A DNA stretch of 32,000 nt, taken from Dysgonomonas gadei ATCC BAA-286. Lineage in GTDB: Bacteria; Bacteroidota; Bacteroidia; Bacteroidales; Dysgonomonadaceae. Within the stretch, counting starts at the first letter, position 1, and every line of letters begins with the position of its first letter. Under the pieces are notes generated by a model. The model ran no database searches. It was not told the origin of the DNA and worked only from the letters and a program-made list of their open reading frames with translations. Shown piece by piece: positions 19,458 through 27,546 of the stretch. The stretch covers positions 77,823 to 109,822 of the forward strand of contig NZ_GL891988.1 of NCBI RefSeq assembly GCF_000213555.1, read 5' to 3'. Made by a program: the position numbers and the translations under genes.

Positions 19458-19573
19458 AATTCAATAGTTTTAATTACAACACAAAGATACTGGTATATAG
19501 CTCATTGATACTGTATGATTCAATCCGCTTATGGTAAAAATCAAATAATTGGCTAGCTTCTCTTCGAAAGACT

Positions 19574-20038
19574 TTAGTTGTATATCAGAATATAAGCATT
19601 TAGATATGTTGCTAAAAACAGCCAAAGAATATAGGGAATAAATAAGATCCCACTCACTTTTTGCGCCGGATAACATTTAAAAGCATAATATAATACACCC
19701 AGATCCAACAAGATAATATTGATAAAACCTAAAAGAGGGTTTTGCAGATAAAAGAATGAAATGCTCCATGTAAAATTAAGGAACAACTGAACCGCAAATA
19801 ATGAGGTGAGAAATTTCTTGTTCCGTTCTTTTGAGTTCAATATCAGCCCAATAGAAATGCCCATACATAGGTATATTATACTCCAAGCAATAGGAAAAGC
19901 TATATTGGGCGGAGTTATTTCCGGTTTATTCAATGTCGGATACCATGTTTGTATAGATTCCGATTGAAAATAACTGGCTGTGAATCCGACTAAAAAACAA
20001 ATTATTACAGGAAGTAATATGTATAAAAATTTTCTCAT
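19574..20038 (-). CDS. TspO/MBR family (tryptophan-rich sensory) membrane protein
   Basis: WYPTLNKPEITPPNIAFPIAWSIIYLCMGISIGLI, LFLNFTWSISFFYLQNPLLGFINI, PYILWLFLATYLNAYI; 154 aa, five predicted TM segments. Confidence 0.9.
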   Translation of the reverse strand: MRKFLYILLPVIICFLVGFTASYFQSESIQTWYPTLNKPEITPPNIAFPIAWSIIYLCMGISIGLILNSKERNKKFLTSLFAVQLFLNFTWSISFFYLQNPLLGFINIILLDLGVLYYAFKCYPAQKVSGILFIPYILWLFLATYLNAYILIYN

Positions 20039-20068
20039 ATGGATGAATGTTAGTTCTTGTTATCGCTG

Positions 20069-20500
20069 TTATGCTATGATCTCCCAATCCTCAATCCCTC
20101 CTTCTATTGTTTCAAATAAAGGATGCGGTTTTAACTCAGTCAATGCAGGTAGCTTTATAAAAAGTTCCGGGCTTCGTTTTTGAAGTTTTCGCCTCAGATG
20201 CTCATACTCATATTCCAATTGCCCTTTGGTTACAGGGATGGGAGAAATATACTCAATCATCCGGATCTTTTCTTTGCTATATGAAAAATTCCTTCTCATA
20301 GCTTCTTTGTATACTTCGGTAAGGAAAGCATCGATGTAGAGATTTGGATCAGGACTATTCTTAAAACGAATCAATTGAGGGTGATTCATATATCCCTTGG
20401 TCTTTCCTAAAAGCACATTCTTAGCCAATAACCCTTCACGCCACGAGGCATTAAGCCCTGCCGAGTCAAGATACTGAGGATGTAAAGACCATAACCGCAT
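20069..20500 (-). CDS. Pyrimidine dimer DNA glycosylase/endonuclease V-family protein (Pyr_excise-like)
   Basis: 143 aa, MRLWSLHPQYLDSAGLNASWREGLLAKNVLLGKTKGYMNHPQLIRFK, characteristic of the bacterial family annotated as endonuclease V-like pyrimidine dimer glycosylase. Confidence 0.82.
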   Translation of the reverse strand: MRLWSLHPQYLDSAGLNASWREGLLAKNVLLGKTKGYMNHPQLIRFKNSPDPNLYIDAFLTEVYKEAMRRNFSYSKEKIRMIEYISPIPVTKGQLEYEYEHLRRKLQKRSPELFIKLPALTELKPHPLFETIEGGIEDWEIIA

Positions 20501-20503
20501 GTA

Positions 20504-20983
20504 TTATTTTGCTAAGAGTTTTTCGATAGTCCCCGCAATCTTTGACGGATTAGTTATCGGAGCATATCGGTCAATGACATTTCCTTCTCTGTCGATCAGG
20601 AACTTAGTAAAGTTCCATTTTATAGAATCCCCTAGGATTCCTTTGCTATTTTGCTTCAGGTATTTATAAAGAGGATCTGCATTATCTCCGTTTACCTCAA
20701 TCTTGCCAAATGTGGTAAATGTAGTTTTATACTTCATTTCGCAGAAAGAGGTAATTTCATCATTGGTTCCGGGGGCCTGTTTTCCAAACTGATTGCACGG
20801 AAAATCCAATATTTCAAAGCCCTGATCCTTATATTTAAGATATAAATCCTGTAAATCCTTATACTGTGGGGTGAAGCCACATGCCGTAGCTGTATTAACA
20901 ATCAGCAGCACCTTTCCCTTATAGTTGGATAACGGGACATCATTGCCTTTGCTACTCTTTACGGTAAAATCATATATACTCAT
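20504..20983 (-). CDS. Glutathione peroxidase
   Basis: [20 protein letters not shown] (active-site Cys), [35 protein letters not shown]. Confidence 0.95.
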   Translation of the reverse strand: MSIYDFTVKSSKGNDVPLSNYKGKVLLIVNTATACGFTPQYKDLQDLYLKYKDQGFEILDFPCNQFGKQAPGTNDEITSFCEMKYKTTFTTFGKIEVNGDNADPLYKYLKQNSKGILGDSIKWNFTKFLIDREGNVIDRYAPITNPSKIAGTIEKLLAK

Positions 20984-21086
20984 AATATACTTGTTTTACG
21001 ATATACAACAATCTCAAACGATTTTAGATTAGACGGTGGTAATTTTTATTGAAATATCCTTTACTCGCTTTATAAATAGACATTGA

Positions 21087-21449
21087 TTATTTCAATAGTA
21101 AGATGACAATTGCAATCAGAGCGGGCAAAGCCTGCTTGAAGAAGATTGATTTCTGAGCAGTGATAGCTCCATAAATTCCGGCAATAGCGACACAGCTAAG
21201 AAAGAATAATGCTATATTCTGGCTCCAGTCCGGACTGTCAATCAACAAAGACCAGATGAGTCCGGCTGCCAGAAATCCATTGTACAAACCTTGATTAGCA
21301 GCCAGTCCTTTGGTCTTCTCGAATAACTCATCCGGTATACTTTTGAATGTCTTACGTCCCTTTGTCGTCCATGCAAACATTTCAAGCCAAAGGATATAAA
21401 TATGCTCAAGAGCTACAAGCCCTATTAATATTTTAGATAATATTTCCAT
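21087..21449 (-). CDS. DUF1304-like small integral membrane protein
   Basis: 120 aa, ALEHIYILWLEMFAWTTKGRKTF, NQGLYNGFLAAGLIW, GIYGAITAQKSIFFKQALPALIAI; four TM segments. Confidence 0.85.
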   Translation of the reverse strand: MEILSKILIGLVALEHIYILWLEMFAWTTKGRKTFKSIPDELFEKTKGLAANQGLYNGFLAAGLIWSLLIDSPDWSQNIALFFLSCVAIAGIYGAITAQKSIFFKQALPALIAIVILLLK

Positions 21450-21741
21450 CTGCCTAACCTTTATAATAGTATTTACTGTACGAAGTTATATATTTAAAGA
21501 ATACAGTGTTTCCCCAAAAGATTTATTTTACAAGACGATTCTTACATTCTTTGTCTTTTTTCATTTCTTTTTTCTGATTTTTCTTTTCATTTTATGTTAA
21601 ATAGTAAAAATGCCATCGATCGAATAACTATAAATAATGAGATTCTATATTATAAATCGCAATTTCTAGGTATTTATATAGATAAAAGAAAGAACGAATT
21701 TTGCATTGTATTTTAATTTTTGTGAAAATAACAATAAAAAA

Positions 21742-24612
21742 ATGAATAAGATAAAGATTAAGAATATCCAAAATATTTGGATAAAATTAAACTCTCCATT
21801 CAAAATCATAGCTTCCATTCTCATCCTCTTTTTTTCTTGCATATCTTTTGCTAACGCTCAAAGTCCTAAATATAGTATTTCCGGAAAAATCCTTGAGGAA
21901 AGTGATCAAAAACAATTGGTAGGGATGGAATATGTAACGGTTTCTATTCCTGAATATGCGATGGGGACAGTAACTAATGAGGATGGATATTTTGCCATGC
22001 AAAATATTCCTTCCGGAAAAGTAAGATTTAAAGCCAAGTATGTAGGCATGCTTGAGATTGACACATTGCTTGAAGTCAATAAAGATATCTCATTATCATT
22101 TACATTGAAAAAAGAGAACTTCAGGCTATCGACAGTAGTTATTACAGCGACGAATAATAAGGCCGGACAATCTACGGCATCTTTCATATCCCGTAATGCG
22201 ATTGATCACCTCCAGGCAACTAACTTATCAGATATTGCATCATTACTGCCGGGAGGTCTAACATCTAATCCTAACCTGACGAATGCTAAGCAGATTAAAA
22301 TTAGAGAAGTCTCGGCCGATAACTTGGGAGTTTCAATGATGAATACTTTTGGTTTATCTATTATCAAAGATGGCTCACCTATCTCTAATAATGCTAATTT
22401 GCAGCTAATGAGTCCTTCTGTTGCCGGAGCAACAACAACTTTAGCGGGTGGTACTCCTCCAACCGGCGGAACAGATCTTCGGCTGATTTCTACTGATAAT
22501 ATAGAATCGGTAGAGATTATAAGAGGCATTCCTTCTGTACAATATGGGGACCTCACCTCTGGAGCTATTATTATAAACTCGAGAGCAGGTCAGCACCCTC
22601 TACGTGTCGCAGCCAAGACAAATTCAAATGTTTATCAGTTTTCAGCTGCATCAGGATTCAATCTGGGAGGTAATAAAGGTGCTTTAAATGTAAGTGGAGA
22701 TTATGCGCATAATACCAATGATCCTACAGAGTCATATAAAACTTACGAACGTAGTAATATTAAGGTTCTTTATTCTAACCGGTTTTTTGATCGGTTATCT
22801 ACAAATACATCGATTGATTTAGTTTATGGTGCTGATAGAAGAAGGCAGAATCCCGATGATGAAATAACCAAGCTGCATCAAAAAGGAGATAACATTGGCG
22901 GAACCCTTAATACGAATGGTATTTTACGGATCGCTACCCCGTGGTTGTCGAATATACGGTATGTTGCCTCTGCTTCTTATACATCCAAAAAGAGTTATAT
23001 GTCTCAATTGTATACAAATGCGACATCTCCCTATTCGATGACGACAAATGATGGAACTGTTTTATCCAACAGACCCGGAGTCGATATTTTTGACAATAAT
23101 GGTAATAAAATTACAAACTTCAGTGATGCAGATGCAAATTTATATGCAGTCCAACTGCCTGCTAGTTATGAAGGTAGATATGATATAGAAGGAAAAGAAG
23201 TGAATGTGTTTGCTAAACTGATGGGTACTCTGTTTAAGCGATTGGGAAATACAAACCATACTATTTTAGTCGGGGCTGATTTCAAAACTGACGGAAATGA
23301 AGGAGCTGGTAAAACTTTTAGCCAGACAGAACCTCCTTATAGAGATCTAAGTGCTCCAAACGCCTCTTTCCGACCAAGAAGCTATAAAGATATCCCCTAT
23401 GTTAAGCAATTGGGATTATTTGCCGAAGAAAATTTTAGATACAGCTTTGGAGACCACAAACTTCAGATAACCGGAGGGCTTAGATATGATAAAATATCGG
23501 TAGTAAAAGATGTTTTCTCTCCCCGGGTAAATGCTTCTTTCGAAATAATTCCTCAAAAACTCTCTATCCGGGGAGGGTATGGGGTAACGGCAAAAGCCCC
23601 GAGCACCCTGTTTCTATATCCCGAATTAGCATATTTTGAATATGTAAATATAGATGAGTTAAGCAACGAGGCTATCCCTGAAAGTGAAAGATTGTATATT
23701 ACAACTACGCGCGTATTCGATACGCAGAATAAAAACCTGAAAATAGCCAAAAGTAAAAAAGCTGAGGTAGGTTTTGACTTGAATATAAAGCAAGCTACCT
23801 TATCAGTAACCGGCTTCATTGACAGATTACAGGATGGTTACTCCATGTCTCCTACAATAAATAGTTTCAGGCCGGTCACCTATTATGCTTACCAAAGGAT
23901 TAATGACGAGATTGTACAAACAGAGGCCTTACCTGTTTTAGCAAAATATTATACACCGACTAATAATATACAATCTAAAGCTAAAGGAGTTGAATTTGAT
24001 CTCAACTTGGGACGTTTTGATGCTATCAGAACTGCATTTTCTATAAATGGGATGTGGATCAGGAATCAAAGTTATTCGAGCGATTATACCTTTTTTGATG
24101 GTAATAGCGGAACGGGTGAGAAAAACCGGACTCATATAGCATTGTATGAGAAAGGAATGGAAAAGAATAACTACCAGCGATTTACTACTACATTGAGAGC
24201 CACGCACAATATTCCTGAAATAGGTTTTGTTGTTACTCTGACAGCGCAGGCTATCTGGAACGAATCGCAATGGTACAATTACGGAAACGACTCTATTCCT
24301 GTAAAATATATATCGAAGAATGATGGATTAGTATATGATTTTGACCCGGGTAGGAAAGATGAAGCTGAATTTAAGCCATTAATCCGACAGGTTAATGATA
24401 AATACTATATCAGAGAGAATTATCCTCCTGCATATACATTTAATATAAATGTAACGAAGGAATTAGGCAATTATATGCGGGTTTCATTTTTTGCCAATAA
24501 TATGTTTCGAACTTATTATAAAATTAGATCTAACCGGGAACCTAGTACTTACAGGAATAGGAAACAACAGCAACAGTTCTTTTTTGGGATGGAACTATCT
24601 CTGACATTGTAA
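21742..24612 (+). CDS. TonB-dependent outer-membrane receptor with CarboxypepD_reg-like domain
   Basis: ATG at 21742 (track start 21706 extends upstream); signal peptide ILILFFSCISFANAQ; GKILEESDQKQLVGMEYVTVSIPEYAMGTVTNEDGYF; plug VEIIRGIPSVQYGDLTSGAIIINSRAG; ends in aromatic beta-strand FFFGMELSLTL. Confidence 0.95.
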   Translation: MNKIKIKNIQNIWIKLNSPFKIIASILILFFSCISFANAQSPKYSISGKILEESDQKQLVGMEYVTVSIPEYAMGTVTNEDGYFAMQNIPSGKVRFKAKYVGMLEIDTLLEVNKDISLSFTLKKENFRLSTVVITATNNKAGQSTASFISRNAIDHLQATNLSDIASLLPGGLTSNPNLTNAKQIKIREVSADNLGVSMMNTFGLSIIKDGSPISNNANLQLMSPSVAGATTTLAGGTPPTGGTDLRLISTDNIESVEIIRGIPSVQYGDLTSGAIIINSRAGQHPLRVAAKTNSNVYQFSAASGFNLGGNKGALNVSGDYAHNTNDPTESYKTYERSNIKVLYSNRFFDRLSTNTSIDLVYGADRRRQNPDDEITKLHQKGDNIGGTLNTNGILRIATPWLSNIRYVASASYTSKKSYMSQLYTNATSPYSMTTNDGTVLSNRPGVDIFDNNGNKITNFSDADANLYAVQLPASYEGRYDIEGKEVNVFAKLMGTLFKRLGNTNHTILVGADFKTDGNEGAGKTFSQTEPPYRDLSAPNASFRPRSYKDIPYVKQLGLFAEENFRYSFGDHKLQITGGLRYDKISVVKDVFSPRVNASFEIIPQKLSIRGGYGVTAKAPSTLFLYPELAYFEYVNIDELSNEAIPESERLYITTTRVFDTQNKNLKIAKSKKAEVGFDLNIKQATLSVTGFIDRLQDGYSMSPTINSFRPVTYYAYQRINDEIVQTEALPVLAKYYTPTNNIQSKAKGVEFDLNLGRFDAIRTAFSINGMWIRNQSYSSDYTFFDGNSGTGEKNRTHIALYEKGMEKNNYQRFTTTLRATHNIPEIGFVVTLTAQAIWNESQWYNYGNDSIPVKYISKNDGLVYDFDPGRKDEAEFKPLIRQVNDKYYIRENYPPAYTFNINVTKELGNYMRVSFFANNMFRTYYKIRSNREPSTYRNRKQQQQFFFGMELSLTL

Positions 24613-24638
24613 AAGTAATATAAACCAGTAATAAGAAA

Positions 24639-25889
24639 ATGAAAACAAAAAACATACTAGCATATATCCTGTTATTTAGCTCGCTCTTATTTATGGCTTG
24701 CAATTCTTTTGAAGAAGCATCCGATGCTGGGGAAGTTAGCGAAATAGATGTAAAAATTAGTGTACAGTCCTTAGTTCCCGGAGTAACTTCATACGAAGGT
24801 TTTACTATTACATTTAAAAATGTAAAATACGGTACTGTCTATACCTCCGAACTTAATGAAAGTTCAATAACGCAATTGAAAGTTATTCCGGGCATTTATC
24901 AGATTGACGTAAGCGGAGAGTTTATCGATGATTCTCATGATACTTATTTATTGAATGGAAATAAAGTAAACTTCCCGGTTGTTGAAGACGGAGCTACGAT
25001 AGATATAACTGTAAATGGATTGCGTAAGAATGATTTAATGTTTAAGGAAATATTCTATGCAGGTACTGCGAATTTTTATTTTAGGAATCAATTTTACGAA
25101 ATATATAACAACTCTGAAGATCAGATAATATATCTCGATGGAGTTCACTTTGCCAATTTAGCCCCGCTTACAGCTACAACAAAACTTCCCCTATGGCCGG
25201 AAGAAGATGGAGATAGATACGTGTATGCAGAACGTGTATGGAAATTTCCCGGAAATGGGACAGATTACCCTCTGGCACCGGGAGAATCGTGTGTTATTTC
25301 TCAGTTCGCTGCTAACCACCAATTACCTCAATATAATCCGAACTCCCCGATAAATGGATTTTCCTCTGAATTTGAGTTCAATATGGATAATGCTAATTAT
25401 CCGGATCAGCCAGCCATAGATATGACGCATGTATTCTATGACGGATTAGAGACAAAAGGAAGTTTACCTCAATATTTGACATCTGTCTTTGGAGGAGCAT
25501 ACGTTATTTTTAAACCTCTTGCGGGGGATGTTTACGACCCTGTAAATGATCTGTCTATGCGAACCAAGGATTTATCTGTCACGGCGACCAAATTGTATGC
25601 CAAAATTCCGATAACCTATGTTATAGATGCAGTAGAAGCAGGGCATAATGAGAGTATGCTTACAGCTAAACGTGTTCCGGCAGCGTTAGACAAAGGTATG
25701 ACATATGTTGGGGCTACGTATAATTCACAGGGAGTGGCTCGTAAAAAAATAGGAGAGCATAAAGATGGGACACCTATTTTGCAAGACCTCAATAATAGTA
25801 CAGAGGACTTTGATAGAGGAGTTGTCCCTGAATTCAGACGTTATGGATCAAAGATGCCAAGTTGGAATCATACGTTGTCCAATAAATAA
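24639..25889 (+). CDS. DUF4876-like lipoprotein
   Basis: Lipobox (LLFMACNSFEE); N-terminal Ig-like/CNA-like segment; NQFYEIYNNSEDQIIYLDGVHFANLAP; position directly downstream of a TonB receptor matches the typical DUF4876 context. Confidence 0.75.
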   Translation: MKTKNILAYILLFSSLLFMACNSFEEASDAGEVSEIDVKISVQSLVPGVTSYEGFTITFKNVKYGTVYTSELNESSITQLKVIPGIYQIDVSGEFIDDSHDTYLLNGNKVNFPVVEDGATIDITVNGLRKNDLMFKEIFYAGTANFYFRNQFYEIYNNSEDQIIYLDGVHFANLAPLTATTKLPLWPEEDGDRYVYAERVWKFPGNGTDYPLAPGESCVISQFAANHQLPQYNPNSPINGFSSEFEFNMDNANYPDQPAIDMTHVFYDGLETKGSLPQYLTSVFGGAYVIFKPLAGDVYDPVNDLSMRTKDLSVTATKLYAKIPITYVIDAVEAGHNESMLTAKRVPAALDKGMTYVGATYNSQGVARKKIGEHKDGTPILQDLNNSTEDFDRGVVPEFRRYGSKMPSWNHTLSNK

Positions 25890-25914
25890 AGATTGAAGAC
25901 TAAAAAAGAAAAAG

Positions 25915-27468
25915 ATGAAGAATATTAAACAACTTGTTTCGGCAATTATCCTATTTGTATTCTCAATGGTTGCGTATGGACAAGATAAAATAAACACTCC
26001 TGCTGCATTTGAAACATTCAAAGATAGAAGCCAATGGATGTACACAAATAATGCTGCCGGTTTGTTACTGGATAAACCGATAGATTACGCGGAGGTAAAA
26101 TTCTCATACGATTCTCATTCGGGTAGTTTCCATCGTCCACAAACAGGAGAGAAAATCAATGATCTCAAGTTTGATGTTGAAGGAGCTGTATTTGTGGGAA
26201 ATGTATATGCTTGGGGTAAGTTTAACTATACTCGTTCTAATATTAAAGATACCCAATTTAATGCTTCTATTATTGATCCGTACCGGGATATGCCATATAT
26301 GGTTGCAGATACCAATATGAGTAAGTGGAACAATCAGATCTACGATTTACAGTTCAAAGTGGTGACACCTAAAATATGGAATAAATTGTCCCTGGGGTTA
26401 GAAGGTAGCTACAATGCTGCTAGTGGAGCTAAGCAACGGGATATTCGCACCGAAAACTACTTCTATATATTACAGGTAAAACCGGGAATTGTATACTCTA
26501 TCAATAATAACCATCACATAGGTGCAAATTTTGATTTCCAAACATTAAAGGAAGAATCGAATATGTCCAATGTGAATGTCTATGTAGATCAGAACTACTA
26601 TGCTTTGTATGGATTGGGGACAGCTACCAGGGGACTGGGATCCGGGCGTACGACAAATTATGAAGGAAATGGTATTGGAGGAGGATTTCAGTATAATTAT
26701 CAGGGATTCTTCAATTTGCTATTTTCATCAAATTATAATTATAAAGTAGAGGATGTAAAAATATCATTTACATCGCCTGAAGAAAATGCAACAGTCAAGA
26801 GTAAAATATGGAGTGGTAAGTTGCAATTGAATAAACGGCTCAATAAAACCACTCACTATTTAACCCTGAATTATGCAGATAAGAAAATAGACGGAATTGA
26901 AGCTATAACACAATATGATAATACAGAGAATCAGAGTGGATATGTAACTATATATAAAGATATACGCTCAAAGTATAAGTTTCAACAAGCATCACTCGAT
27001 TATGATTTTACAATTGACAGAGACTTGGAATATAATTGGAAATTCGGAATTGGAGTGAAATATACAAACAAAGAAGATGTCTATCTTACTCCGCGATCTG
27101 AAAAAAATGCCGAAAATCTTATTGCTCAATTCAGAATAAAAAAGAATTTTATTCTTTCAGATGATGTATTAAAGAGAAGAGTGTTATTGGGAGCCGACTA
27201 TAGTTATAATAACAATCTGTCGGGAGGATACAGTTACAATGGCAGCCATCCTGAATATATAGTTGTTACCCAATTTGAACAGACTGATACAGATTATCTT
27301 AATTCCAACTTTTATTCCTTGGGCGCAAATCTAACATATTCTCAAAAGATAAAAAAAGATATACTGGCCAATCTGTTTGCTAAGGCTGAGTTTAGATATA
27401 CGAAAGCTACTTCTTATGAGTTTGGTAATCGAAATCGATTACAAATATCAATAGGATGTAATTTCTAA
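25915..27468 (+). CDS. DUF6850-like outer-membrane beta-barrel protein
   Basis: Signal peptide (SMVAYGQ); FETFKDRSQWMYTNNAAGLLLDKPIDYAEVKFSYDSHSGSFHRPQTGE; alternating amphipathic strands ending RNRLQISIGCNF. Confidence 0.75.
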   Translation: MKNIKQLVSAIILFVFSMVAYGQDKINTPAAFETFKDRSQWMYTNNAAGLLLDKPIDYAEVKFSYDSHSGSFHRPQTGEKINDLKFDVEGAVFVGNVYAWGKFNYTRSNIKDTQFNASIIDPYRDMPYMVADTNMSKWNNQIYDLQFKVVTPKIWNKLSLGLEGSYNAASGAKQRDIRTENYFYILQVKPGIVYSINNNHHIGANFDFQTLKEESNMSNVNVYVDQNYYALYGLGTATRGLGSGRTTNYEGNGIGGGFQYNYQGFFNLLFSSNYNYKVEDVKISFTSPEENATVKSKIWSGKLQLNKRLNKTTHYLTLNYADKKIDGIEAITQYDNTENQSGYVTIYKDIRSKYKFQQASLDYDFTIDRDLEYNWKFGIGVKYTNKEDVYLTPRSEKNAENLIAQFRIKKNFILSDDVLKRRVLLGADYSYNNNLSGGYSYNGSHPEYIVVTQFEQTDTDYLNSNFYSLGANLTYSQKIKKDILANLFAKAEFRYTKATSYEFGNRNRLQISIGCNF

Positions 27469-27475
27469 ATAATTC

Positions 27476-27513
27476 AGTAAAGGAAATGAAGAAATCACTT
27501 CATTTCCTTTACT
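27476..27513 (+). terminator. Strong hairpin between beta-barrel and protease-HEAT genes
   Basis: GTAAAGGAAATGAAG (27477-27491), AAATCA loop, CTTCATTTCCTTTAC (27498-27512): perfect 15 bp stem, plus an A-T closing pair. Followed by a T-containing but not strongly T-rich tail. Confidence 0.6.
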
Positions 27514-27546
27514 TCATTTATAAAGATCAAAAAAACTAAAATAGAG

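Noticed and set aside
22206-22556. 116 aa minus-strand ORF in the second TonB receptor
   Set aside because: Antisense to a conserved CarboxypepD/plug region; shadow ORF.
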